Assembly: GCA_001949185.1 (NCBI GenBank)
Contig: BDGG01000013.1
Span: 1,442,617 to 1,506,616 of the forward strand
Source: Ramazzottius varieornatus
Lineage: Eukaryota; Animalia; Tardigrada
DNA length: 64,000 nucleotides
Direction of reading: 5' to 3'
Shown: piece by piece, positions 13,458 through 25,144 of the stretch
Layout: each line of letters opens with the position of its first letter
How positions within the stretch are numbered: position 1 is the first letter of the stretch
The notes under the pieces: model-generated
Told to the model about the DNA's origin: nothing
Database searches by the model: none
The model's input: only the letters and a program-made list of their open reading frames with translations
Program-made: the position numbers and the translations under genes

Positions 13458-16400
13458 TCAACAATTGGCCAAAATATCACCGAGAGTCTTCAACGAATTA
13501 TCAAGAAACTTTCTTCGTAATTCGATCGTCTCGATAGCTTGGCTCAGGGCCAAAGTACCCGAACCGAGTTTACGACCGGGCTTGTAAAAGAACTCTTTCA
13601 CTTCATCCAAGTCACGCTTAGACGTCATCCAGTGAAGACAGTAAAAGATACCGGAAATCACTGGATCGTCACCGTACTTTACATACAACGTGTTGTCCCA
13701 TAGCTCTCTGATTGTTCTCCACACTGCATCACGCGCTACGAAATTCATGGAAAGACCTAACAGGACATGCGTCGACTCCATGGGACGGATCACCGTTGGA
13801 TCAGAGGCATACTTCAGAAACCTAAAAATGCATGTAAGCGTCAGAAATATTCAGAAAAATTGGGAAGCGCTTCTTCTAACCGTTCAACGAGCAAAATATT
13901 CTGGGTCGTCGACAGAGCCCCCAAAATTATGGTTTTCTCCGAGGCGATCTGGGTACTACGATACTTCTCCCACAGATTGTTCCACTCCACCTCGCTGCCA
14001 TGTTTAACTACTGTACGGTAAACGACAGAACGGAGATCGACGGGGATATCGCCTTTGCTGAACATCCTTCTGGAAGATTCGATACAAGCCGGTAAGTCGG
14101 CGTGACAGGCTTCTCCAAAGATATGGACACATTGTCGCCTGCAAAAAGACCCGCGTTTGAGTTCCCTTGAAACTGTCACACCACACCGAGAAGGCTTACC
14201 GGAGAGGGATATTGTCGGAAGGAACTGCTGAACAATCCAACGCAGCAAAGACCGGCTGGATCAGGTCTTGGCGCCATTTGCGGAACTTCAAAAACACCTC
14301 CGTCTCGAACAGAATGGATTCTGCACCGTCGAAGTATGACGTTATGGTCGACCACGGAAGGAAGTGGCGTTCTTTGGTCAGGTAGGATGCTAGGCTGAAT
14401 GCGGTGGTCAAATTTACCCGACCGATCCTGCAAGACAGTAGAATAGTTCAACACGAAGCTCTCCTCGTTGCCATAAAATAGCGGAAAGAAGACAAAAATG
14501 TGGGAAAAAGGGCAAAGCCGTTCTTCTGCTTCCAATTAAAAAGACGTGTTGCCCAATAGATAACCTTCGAAGTGCAAGAGATTCTTCGAAAAAAGCGAGT
14601 TCTTTTGTTCGGATGCGAAATCCGTCCAAATAATCTCATACGGAAATTCTGATACAACCAGTATGGTTCTTACCTGGCAAGGCTGAAAGCATCGTCCAAG
14701 AGGTTCGCTCTGTCTTCGGCCGACATCACTTCCGGGTCCTCCTTCAGTGCCTTGATCAGTTCCACCCAGTTCCCCTCATCGTAGTTCACTCTGTAGAACC
14801 CTGTCTGTCTAGCATTCAGCTTGTACCACTTCTGCTCCACATTCCCAATCACCACTGTCTTCGCCGGCTGATCCAACCAGACACTCGTTGCATTCTTCGG
14901 TGAGGTCGCCGTCAGATAGTTCAACGGGACGATCCAACTTTCCAGTGAAGCATCCGGCCTAATGGCGAACGCCTCACTGGGACTGATTCGTCGCTGTGAG
15001 ACCGAGATGCTCTTCCCGTCTGGCTCTAACGTGGCTGTGACTAGTGGGAAACCTGGTTGTAGAGTCCACTTGTCCGCTATGTTTTTGATAGTAATTTCTG
15101 TCTGATCTTTTGTTTGTGTGAGAGTGCTGTTGTGCCAGGCGTTGTCCAGGGAAGACCAAAGATCTTCCGTTTTAGCATTACCGTACTTGTTCTTGTACAG
15201 GTAGTTCGTTACACCTTGCTGGAAAATGGAAGGACTGAGGGACTCGTAGAGCATCAAGAGGACGGAGGCGCCTTTCGAGTAGGAGATTTCATCGAAGCGC
15301 GAAGCAACCTCCGAAGCATCCTACAAGGTAGAAAGGACAAAAGTCAAATGTACGAGAAAAACAGAATGGGAAGCTGGTGTTACGCGTCCGAGGATTAGCG
15401 TGCAAACCAGCCCGTCATCAAGCACCTGCATACAAGATGCTGGTCAAACAGTACGAGGGGCGTGGTATTACTTGCTCAACGTACAACTTTGCTCCCCATA
15501 CAGTACGTCACGAGTTACGCGCAGGCTTCTTAGGCTATGTCACGTAGCCGTGAGGTACATGAGCAACGTTGACGGCTGAACAAAATAAGACCTCGCTCCT
15601 CGTACGCAAACATACATGGAGATCGTGAAAGCCCTCCACTCTGCTTCATAAAGCTGTACACTTACCACAGCAAAAGATATGCAGGTGTGTGAAGGGTTAC
15701 ACACTGATTCGCATGAACAAAAGTAGCTTTGACAATACCTTGATGTCAGCTATGATCGGATGTGTGCTGTACAGAGCGTCGGACGTCAGTGCGGACTGAA
15801 CGATAGTGTGAGACATGCGGGACCAGGAAGCGAGAGCCGGCATAGCCGCGTCGGCACCCAGATGCTGCATGAAGGTAGCGAAGCCTTCGTTCAGCCAGAG
15901 CTGGTCCCACCATGTCATGGTCACCAGGTTGCCGAACCACTGATGGGCAATCTCGTGGGCGACAACGATGGAGACGAGATCCATCTGGGACAGACTGGAC
16001 TCTTTGGGGTCGAACAACATCGACTGCTCGCGGAAAGTTCTACAAAACACCAGAATGATTAGAATAACTTTAGAAAACGGAAGCACTGTCGAAAACCTCC
16101 TGATTGGTTGTATGGTTTTTAGAAATGCGCTATACTGTGTATCGGAACCGTCTGTCAAGTTTGTCTCTCTTCTGCGCCGACAGCTCACTTGGCAGGTGTC
16201 TACGATTCTATACAGCTTCGAACCATCTTGGCCAGTGACGAAGCACTCTAAGCGTTTACTTTGAAGTCCCGCTCACTTCGGACATTCGTGCCCGATTTTG
16301 GACCGTGGGCATACATAACACCTACTGTGTGGCCCACGGTAAAGTTTCTGGCACGTACGTCCGAGATGAGCGGAACTTTAAAGTACCTACATTAGTCCCC

Positions 16401-18620
16401 AGTTTTCCATTGCACCAGCAGAGAAATCGGGAATAGCGATCAAGTCTGAAACAAAGTCATCGTAAGGTATTCTTGTCCAGCGACAGACTCAAGAACCCTA
16501 AAGTGTGTCTACAATGTATTCGTACCAAGTTTTTGCAGGGGATAAGGGATGCTGAAGAACTTCTCATAGTATTCCAATGCTGCAACGGCAATTTGAAGAG
16601 CGAATCCTGTCTGGTTGACCTTATGCCGAACCGCGTACACGTTGATCTACAATAATATACAGTAATACTTTCTTCAAACTCCCACCAAATTTCAACGAAC
16701 AGATCGTCAAAACTGATTAAGTTTCTTTACCTCGACACCGCTTTCGCTTCGGTTTGTGACTTTCCCAAACTCGCAAAGCACAAACGCCACTAGGTACGTC
16801 GACATTATGGGCGTATCCTCGTAAATCGTCACCATCAACTCCGGCTTCCCCGCTATATCTTCCTGAAAATCAAAAGTGACTGTCGCAAAAACAAGCCACA
16901 AAATATTACTCCCATGTCTGTCAGGAAGAAAAAACTTACCGTAGTTCTCACTGGTGTATTGAACAACGCAAGCAAATCATGGTCATGGACCATCTTCACC
17001 CGGAAGACCGCTTTGAACGCCGGCTCGTCAAAACACGGAAAGGCCATTCGGGCAAATGTATCCTCAAACTGCGTCGTTGCCAGAGTTCTACAAACAATCA
17101 CAACATCAAGTTGAACATTCCGTATTGTAATTTCTCAAGGACGGAAGCGGGAACTCGGCAAGCAATCTCGACCAGATCGTCGTCCCCCCACACCCGGTGG
17201 GTTTTCGATGATACTGGCTGAAAGTGTGCGCCACTTGGAAAGACGATCTGGTCTAGCTGAATGCTGAGCTCCCGAATATTCATGTATGACTTTATGTTCC
17301 CTTTTACACATTTTTTCCGGTGTTGTCGACGTATTCGCTGCTGTAGAATCCATGCATGTCGTCCCTGAGTGGTGCCTGAAAGGAAATTTCCAGCACGTAC
17401 TTCGCTTCCGGTCTGAGCAACTTCCGGCTTGTCAGCTGTAACTGGCTCGAAGCTTGGCACGTGTTCATCCGACTGACTAAGTTTATCCCATCCGATGAGT
17501 CTTCCGTCAGAGTAGTAAAGAGGATGGTAAGGTCCTTAGCATGCAGCACCACCATCGTCGTCTCTTGGAAGATCTTCAGCTCGATGCGCACTGTCCCGCT
17601 AAAGTTCCTGTGAGGAAGCGAGGTTTGTATCTCGAGGTTGTAGACTGTGGGACGGACATGCTGTGGCAGGCGAGTTTCCTGGTAATCACAGGAACTGAGA
17701 GACGGGGATGACGTCAGGGAAGAAGGCGTTCGGTCACCTGAAATCAAACAAGAGCGTCAGCAATCAGATGGACTCATCCAACACCAACAAGAGTTCGGTG
17801 TATTCAGATGAAGGAAAGATCAGTACCTGAAGTATCTAAGTCTTCAGTTGCATCTTTGACAGTCAGTCCTTTGGAAAACGCGAATACGATCAGTAAGAAA
17901 AATATTCCGATCATTTTACGTAACTCTATAAAGGAGACGCGTGACTTCCGCGTTTCTATCGTTGAAACCTCTCACCGACAACGATAATCTTCGACGGACG
18001 ACTTTTACTTCCCACAACCCGCCAACAAGTGGTCTTGAACATGGAAAATTTTTCCCTGCTCGTCTCCTTGTCAGCAGTAAATAATGAGACTATTAAGTCG
18101 TCAAACTTGTATGTTCGCGGAAGTGACGGAAGCGCGCCTAAATACAGCCTCATAATATTAGCATTAAGCACACACATTGGCATTACAACTCAATCGTTCC
18201 TCATTTACGGACTTCCACACAGGCGAGACTCGTAAAACCGTTCTGTTTACCTTTCGGGCTTTGCGTGGAACCGTAGTCTTCGTCTGCAGGCAGCGTGTCG
18301 TATGAAACACCTGGACCGGAAGTGGAAGTTGCACCGTTTGCGGCTTGAATCTCTTCGGGGAAAGTGCGACGGTAAATGATCACGGTGAGGGCGGCAACCA
18401 GGCCGCTGAGCAGCATGCATAGCAAGGTGATCCATAGAGTCGGAGAGCGACAGGAAGAAGGCCTCCGTTGGAGCGGTCGAGGAGCGCGTTTACGGATAGG
18501 ATTAGAGTGGACTGGCGGCACTGGTCGCAAACGAAATTCCAGCCGCTCACTGCCATTCAGGAAGGCCACTTCGGGATCATCTACTTCGGTTAGGACGTCG
18601 TAGTCTTCCGTTTTGTCCAT
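13458..18620 (-). CDS. Membrane-anchored M1-family zinc aminopeptidase (aminopeptidase N/A, ERAP/IRAP-like), multi-exon
   Basis: Type II transmembrane segment ([23 protein letters not shown]), [50 protein letters not shown] (about 16390-16440), [13 protein letters not shown]...[15 protein letters not shown] and [10 protein letters not shown], followed by ERAP1_C-like exons. An extra upstream exon is possible. Confidence 0.93.
15454..15602. mobile_element. Small TA-flanked MITE-like element (Tc1/mariner-type ends) in an aminopeptidase intron
   Basis: The sequence reads TA|CGAGGGGCGTGGTATTACTTGCTCA ... TGAACAAAATAAGACCTCGCTCCTCG|TA: imperfect inverted termini of about 25 bp, with TA on both sides. 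Confidence 0.55.
17166..17257. repeat. Intronic copy of the ~88-bp palindromic element (aminopeptidase gene)
   Basis: CTCGACCAGATCGTCGTCC...GTGCGCCACTTGGAAAGACGATCTGGTCTAG; the inner left arm is degenerate. Confidence 0.8.
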
Positions 18621-19274
18621 TTCTGCAAGGTACAAACAAAACAACGAGATTTCAATACGTAAAGGAAGCAGAGGACGCAATCAGCGTTTCCGGTGGCTGC
18701 AGTTCGAAAGTTGCGCCGATGTTTGCTCGTCCATTATGGCGGGCATAGGCTTCGTGCTAGGGTCAGATCTGAAGGAAGCGGGTTCTGCAAAAGAGAACAA
18801 GCACTGCAAAACGAGAGGTGCGAGATAAAGATTCGAGCGCAGCGTCGAAGAAGGAAAAAACAGCTGCTGCAAGCCGATGAAAAACAAACGATGACGTAAT
18901 GTGTGATAGATGTCATGTCATATAAGTTTTTTTGCTATCCGACAGCTTCGGATTAAGACCACATGACAGATCGATCCGACGATCCGACCGCGGTTTACAC
19001 TGTACATCCATGCATCTGTACGTCAAATCAACCATCGGCAATCAATGGTTAACCGCCATATTGTCTGCTGTTGCGCAACTGACAATCGCAGTTCGCAGAG
19101 TGGAATGGCGATTTATCGTATTCCTACATTTTTCTTCCAAGTTCCAGGATTCAGCTCCGTTTCCCTCGGAATCGTCCATCCATTATGAGCCGCCAAGTAA
19201 GAGATTAAGTTTTCACGCAAGACTGTGTGGTTCGGTCAGAGAGTGGTTCCCTGGAAGAACTTATTTGCTGTGGA

Positions 19275-20499
19275 ATGGCAGTCAAACGCAAGGTTGCCTC
19301 GGATGACTCGCCGAAGAATAAAGACGGGATCGTCAGGTCGCCCAAACAGGACTCTGGATCGAAGAAAGTGGACAAGACGAAGCGGAAGAACAAGCGAAAG
19401 ACTATAGATGATGCGAAAGTTGCTCCTGAATTACTCATTGAGCTGCCACCAGCTGTCAGGAAATCAGACGAAGAACCGCTGAAGCGTGCGCGATGGACGA
19501 ACAAGCAACGCGTCCTCATCTTCAGCTCCAGAGGTATCGGTTACCGAGATCGTCACCTGATGAACGACTTCAAAACCGTCATGCCGCACTCCAAAAGTGA
19601 AAGTAAAATGAACAAGAAGGAGAAACTTGTTCAGATTAACGAAGCAGCGGAGATGAAGAATGCCAACCATGTGCTGTACTTTGAATCCCGAAAGAAGAAA
19701 GACTTGTATTTGTGGGCCGCTAACACTCCTGACGGTCCCTCGGCCAAGTTTCTCGTCGAGAATATCCATACCATGGACGAACTCAAGATGACAGGAAACT
19801 GCTTGAAGGGATCAAGGCCGATCGTTTCCTTCGATAAGACTTTCGACACAGTTCCGCACTTGTCCCTGTTAAGGTAGGACGTGTCGTCATGTTCCATATC
19901 ACTTTTCCCCCGTGTAGCCGCGCCGATTTGGTTTTTGACGTCATGCTGGATATTTATTACTTGGTGATATATGGCATTACCAGGAGTCATGACATTACAT
20001 GCATTACATCCATGTACTGACTTCCGGTTTGGCTTGCAGAGAGCTTTTCATCCAGATTTTCGGCACACCCAACGGACATCCCAAGTCGCAGCCTTTCATA
20101 GATCGTGTAATGACCTTCTCGATCGCTGATAACCGAATCTGGATCAGGAATTTTCAAATCGTCGAGGAAGACGGCGCGTTAGCGGAGATCGGACCGCGCC
20201 TGACACTGAACCTCATCAAGATTTTCGAAGGTAGTTTCCGAGGCGAGTGTTTGTATGAGAACCCACTGTATGTCTCGCCTAACCTGAACAGGCGACAGGC
20301 CAAGCTGGCTGCGGCTGGTAAATACATTAACCGTGTGAGTGAAAAGTTAGAACGAGAGGAAAGGAAGCCAGAGACGGCGTATCCGCTGGAAGATGAACTG
20401 GACGACGTCTTCCGACGTGCCGATAAACAGGCTCAAGGTGGCCAGAAAAGTACGACTGCTTCGACTTCTACCCACAAGAACAAGAAACTCAAAACTTAA
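19275..20499 (+). CDS. BRIX1: Ribosome biogenesis protein BRX1 (Brix domain), exons 19275-19873 and 20040-20499
   Basis: WTNKQRVLIFSSRGIGYRDRHLMND...PHSKSESK...GPSAKFLVENIHTMDELKMTGNCLKGSRP...FGTPNGHPKSQPFID...EIGPRLTLNLIKIFEGSF. Confidence 0.96.
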
Positions 20500-20638
20500 G
20501 GCGAAACTCCATTCCCTTTGCTGGTCCCCTTTGCTTTTCATTCGAGTATTCGATGTTTTCATCATCCGCAACTAACTGACTTGTCACTTGAAAACCGGAA
20601 GGAAACGAATAAAACTATAGGATACGACAACAGAAATT

Positions 20639-22263
20639 TTAGTTTTCTGGTTTCGAATATTTACACTGTATCCAAACACGGTGCATCAAAAGCTTCTTCT
20701 TTCTGTTGACCAGTAAACGACGATCAACGGCGTTCTGCTCTTCTTTCAGCCCAGCCGAGCAAAACAGGTTCCTAACTTCCTCTGTGAGAAAAGGTAAAAC
20801 ATGGTAAGCATGTTTAAACATTTGAGAGAAGGCTGAAACGTACGGGCGGAACGGAACTCCTACCTTGTGTGAAAAAGTAGGCCAGCGTGCCATCTTGCCT
20901 AACGTACAGATTCTCTCCGGCACATTGCGCTAAAAATTCCACCATCAAAGCCGCCCAGCAAGATTTCGTTTCCTCAAAGTTTTGTTTTGCACAACGGAAA
21001 TACCTGGTTTGAAACGAAGCTGAGCCAGATCGTATTTTCCGTAATCCCGGAAGAAGAGGCGTCCTCCTGGCTTCAACGCTCTGACCAGCCTTTGGATTAC
21101 AAACACCATCCTGGTAAAGGTAAACACTCTTCCTAAGTCACTTTCACCCTGAAAATTCAGAGAAGGAAGTGACATTCGTACTTATCGGGGGAAATGGCGG
21201 ATAGTGTGTAGACGATGATGATGAAGTCGACGCTTTCCGGTGGAACAGGCCACTCTGAGTGCTCATCCGTCAGATCAGCGACGAAGGCGTTACAACGGGA
21301 GGTGTCGTATTCCGGGGAACTCTACGAAAGCACAGAGATACACCTGCACTCTCAAGAGCCTTGTTCAGCGGACAGTTACTTTAAGTAGCTTTATAGCGTT
21401 CTCGGAAAAATCGCAGCAGTGTACAAAGGTCCTTCTGGAAAGAAACGACAGGATGTTCACTAGCTGAGTAACACCCGCGTACCGATTAAAATTTGATCTT
21501 ACTTTGTATCTCGGAGAAGAGGTATGACAGTACTGCCAGTTCCACATCCCGTCTACAATGATATCCTTAGAGTGGGATTTGAGATATGAAATGGAAGACT
21601 GGAGGGAAAGTAAAAGAATTCAACCTCGAATACGACGGAAAGTTCCTCGGACTGGGGAGACAAGAGAAGCCTCGCTTCCTCGTCCATTATTTCCGGAAAC
21701 TCGCTGTCGAGCCACTGCCTACAAGAAGCCTTCATGTTACACGAGTAATGACGAAAGCACGAAAACTTCGATATGGCCTCAAAAGGAGAGTTAATTACAG
21801 TATTTTAGCAAAGGACGAAACTCGGATCGCGGGTCCGCGACTTACCGTTTCTTGAAGAACTGGTCACTGTGCTTTTCATAAAAGTTATTCCAGTGCTTGC
21901 CGGCGTTCGTTACGTATTCACCTATGATAACCGGAGCATCGGATAAAGATGGGAAGCCATCGAGCATACTAAAGAATCGATGAAACCAAGTTGTTGAGTG
22001 GTACCTGCTTCCTCCTCTGACAGCGGATTTGAAGAGTTCAACAACACGCGGGATTCGGCTGCTTGTCTTTTCTCTTCCGTCCATTCGATATCATCCCTGT
22101 TACATCCAACAGTTTTCATCTTCAAGACATCGCTCAAGGTACTGTCGTACTGACGAGATACAAACTTACCGTACCAAGCATTCTTTTCAAAGACTTTCGC
22201 ACAGTCGTCCAGCGTCCGATTACGCACTCTTGCGATGCGGTTCAGAGTCTGCTCGTCATCCAT
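20639..22263 (-). CDS. METTL2: tRNA N3-methylcytidine methyltransferase (METTL2/Trm140 family), multi-exon
   Basis: [78 protein letters not shown] and [24 protein letters not shown]. The N-terminal NAWD-like motif favours METTL2 over METTL6. Confidence 0.85.
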
Positions 22264-23147
22264 CTTTCTCCTGACGAACTTGAAGTACCTCTTCTGTCGG
22301 GAGGAGAGGCTAGGACGTGGGAGAAGAAACAGCAAAACGTTCCAAACTTTCATCGTTCGAGGAAACAAAATTCTGATGTTTTTTAGACCCGAAGTAGCCG
22401 AAACAAGCCAATCAAATGAATCAAGCCCATGTCAGTCGAACACGCTCAGCTGATCGGGGAATTTACCTTGATTGATGACTTTCCATATCCACATTGCTGC
22501 ATAGCGTCTAACGTGTAGTAAGGATGCCCGAACGGACATCCGTCTGCGCTCCAGACAGAATCGACGGAGCCGGTCTCGGTGTACCTACAGCTTTAGAGGT
22601 TGAGTTAGAAGGATGGCTCTTACGTCAGAATCGAAAGGGCTGCTGCGGGGAATACGCTTCGTCATCGCCCAGAAATCTACCGGCCCAGCTCAATTCTTTG
22701 TGATTCATCGGATGCCGCTTTACAAACGCAGCCAGTCGTGCGATGTCGAAACTTCGTGCTCAGGCCGATGATCTCCCTCTTCTTTTCAGAACCTCTTCTG
22801 CCAAGTCCCGTTTTCCATTCATGCTCCGGCCAAGAAACCCAGATTGCATCTCCGTCGAATGAAGAGAGCTTCCATAGGTAAGAGGCGGCCTTTTCTTGAC
22901 CCTAGGCTAGGAGAAAACAGTATAAAAGGCGCTGCCTCAGTTGTAAAATTTTCCAGTCTGCGTTGTACTCCTCTTCGTTTCTTTCCAGGTTCTGGATGGC
23001 TTTGGCTCAGCGGGCGATGCATTCCCGAGAAGGAGTTTCGACAACTTCCGGGTATTGCATTGCCTGCTCAGCTTGACTTCTCTTTCGTCGATGGTGGCTT
23101 CCCAAGCATGGATCAGCCTCTATTCCCGTCTCAATGCATTTCCTCGG

Positions 23148-23613
23148 GAGGTGGATGCACCCAGGTGGCTAGAAATCCCATTCTAGTCACCGGGACTGCA
23201 TTTGCCTCCTGATGAGTTGATTCTCCACACGTCCAACGCCGTTATTCATCGGTCTGCGTGACCAGTGGCAGGTGTTTCCTTGGTGGCCGAAAAGCCATTC
23301 TGGTCACCGGGAATACATTTGCCCTTGGTTGCAGCTAGCTTCTTCCAGCCTTCATACCACCTCCTCTGGAGTTTATTGCAGGTTTCCACGTTGTACCACC
23401 AGTGGTAAGTGCGTCTTGGGTGGCCCAAAGCGGTTCTAAACCTTTTGTGGTCACCGGGACTGCATTTGCCACTGGTGAACAGCACGCCGTCGTTCCCGTA
23501 ATGATTGTAGGTTATCGCGTGAATGAGTCTTCCCAAAGGGCCAATACAGGAGGTGGATGCTCCCAGGATGGCCAGAAATCCATTTGGTCACCGGGACTGC
23601 ATTTGCCCCCTGA
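23148..23613. repeat. Four-copy degenerate direct repeat with core GTCACCGGGACTGCATTTGCC
   Basis: Cores start at 23186, 23303, 23450 and 23587. The first and last copies share about 65 bp (GGAGGTGGATGC...TTTGCCyCCTGA). Confidence 0.85.
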
Positions 23614-23948
23614 ACCTTGGCTCGTTTTCCTCGTCAGTGTTCCTGAATCGAGGCCCTGTGGGTATTTTAGGTTAATCAGCAATCAAGCTGGCTTTGAACG
23701 GTTCGGTTTCTTTGAAATAAGTCAGGGCTGTTTGCAATGTTACTCTCTGCACCTTCTGCTTGATTTCTGTTTCAGGTGGTTCGATGGGATGACGACTTCC
23801 GGACACGTGCTTTACGGTGTGTAATGTTGGTCCACGTGACTTCGTTTGCCTGGGCGATTAGATTTTTTCAAATTCTGGTTTCTTCCTGTCTTCAAGTTTA
23901 AATTTGGTTAAATTTTTTTTTATATTAGCAAGTCGTCTGATCTGGAGA

Positions 23949-24950
23949 ATGGGGGATGTTTATTGTAATAAGCCTATCGACAGTAGTATTACTGGGAAAT
24001 TGTCGAATGTCTTCGTGAAGGATGTTGTGAATCAAATCCAAAATGGTGGACTTTCAAGCCAGGAAAACGAACAGACAGGACCAAGGAAGAATCTTCCACA
24101 AGCCTTCTCACAAGTTCGCGCAAGTAGACTAAGCACAGAGAAAGGTAACCTTCGAACAGATTCAGATGTGTCGGTGGGACTTCCTGGTGATCGTTTCGAG
24201 AGAAGGGCGGAAGAAAGCAGACTCGGAAGTGAATACGCGAAAGACGAATTTCAAGATGAGCCTCTCGATCCGAGAATAAAATATCTCATCGTTAACCTCA
24301 GCGATTCCGCCACGACCGTAAACAGTCTACAAACAGAGCTGCAACTCTTCCAGCAAAGAAGCGAAGAATACATTTACTCGTTAGGTTCTCATCTGGAGGC
24401 CTTGATTGACGATGTAGGCAACAGCATCCTGCAGGCAGTTCCTTACTACGACGCGGTCGATCGACTTCGCCTAGCCGAAATCAAACTTCAACAGGCTTCC
24501 TTTTCCTTCGCACGAGCCACGACGAAGCTGCAGAGTAGCAAAGAAAAGATCGCAAAGCTCGAAGAGAATTTGATCCAACACGGAACGGAAGACGTGGCTA
24601 TCTTGACTTGCTTGAACACCGTTACCAATAGTTACGCTGAGTGCCATCAGGAGAAGGTTCGTGTGGAAAAGGAGCAAGAAAACGCCCTGAAGGAACATGG
24701 GAGAAGGTTCAAGGAAGTTAACGCGTTATACGACAAGAAGAAGCGTGCAGTGGAAGAGTCGAAGCCCTTTTTCGTTCTGAGGCACCAGATCGAAACCGTC
24801 ATCAAGGACGACACCGAGCATGTTGCGGAAGTGACAGCTGCCATTCAGCAAGCCAAGCAACAACACTCCAACGCTGCGGAAGAACTTCAGAAAATCAGTA
24901 CGGAAATACATCAGAAAAGACAAGAGAATTTACGTCAAAAACAATCATGA
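23949..24950 (+). CDS. SH3BP5: SH3 domain-binding protein 5-like (Rab11 GEF family, coiled coil), intronless CDS
   Basis: EPLDPRIKYLIVNLSDSATTVNSLQTEL...GNSILQAVPYYDA...KKRAVEESKPFF...AKQQHSNAAEELQKISTEIHQKR follows the SH3BP5 family pattern, though divergent. Confidence 0.82.
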   Translation: MGDVYCNKPIDSSITGKLSNVFVKDVVNQIQNGGLSSQENEQTGPRKNLPQAFSQVRASRLSTEKGNLRTDSDVSVGLPGDRFERRAEESRLGSEYAKDEFQDEPLDPRIKYLIVNLSDSATTVNSLQTELQLFQQRSEEYIYSLGSHLEALIDDVGNSILQAVPYYDAVDRLRLAEIKLQQASFSFARATTKLQSSKEKIAKLEENLIQHGTEDVAILTCLNTVTNSYAECHQEKVRVEKEQENALKEHGRRFKEVNALYDKKKRAVEESKPFFVLRHQIETVIKDDTEHVAEVTAAIQQAKQQHSNAAEELQKISTEIHQKRQENLRQKQS

Positions 24951-25144
24951 CAAAAACTATAATTTTGAATTTCGAGACTCAAAAATCAATTACAAATAAA
25001 TCCTGAATACATTACTCACTTTAAAGATTCACTTTGCGAACAACAGTCACATCGCAGCAAGCCGGCACCTACCAAAGACTACTATATTTTGAATACACCG
25101 GAAAGAAAGTTGAGAAAAAGCAAACCAAATTGAATCCTCGCGAA

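Noticed and set aside
23148-23613. CRISPR array interpretation of the spaced repeat
   Set aside because: The context is eukaryotic, no cas genes are present, spacers are about 100-125 bp and unequal, and similarity extends beyond the core in two copies.
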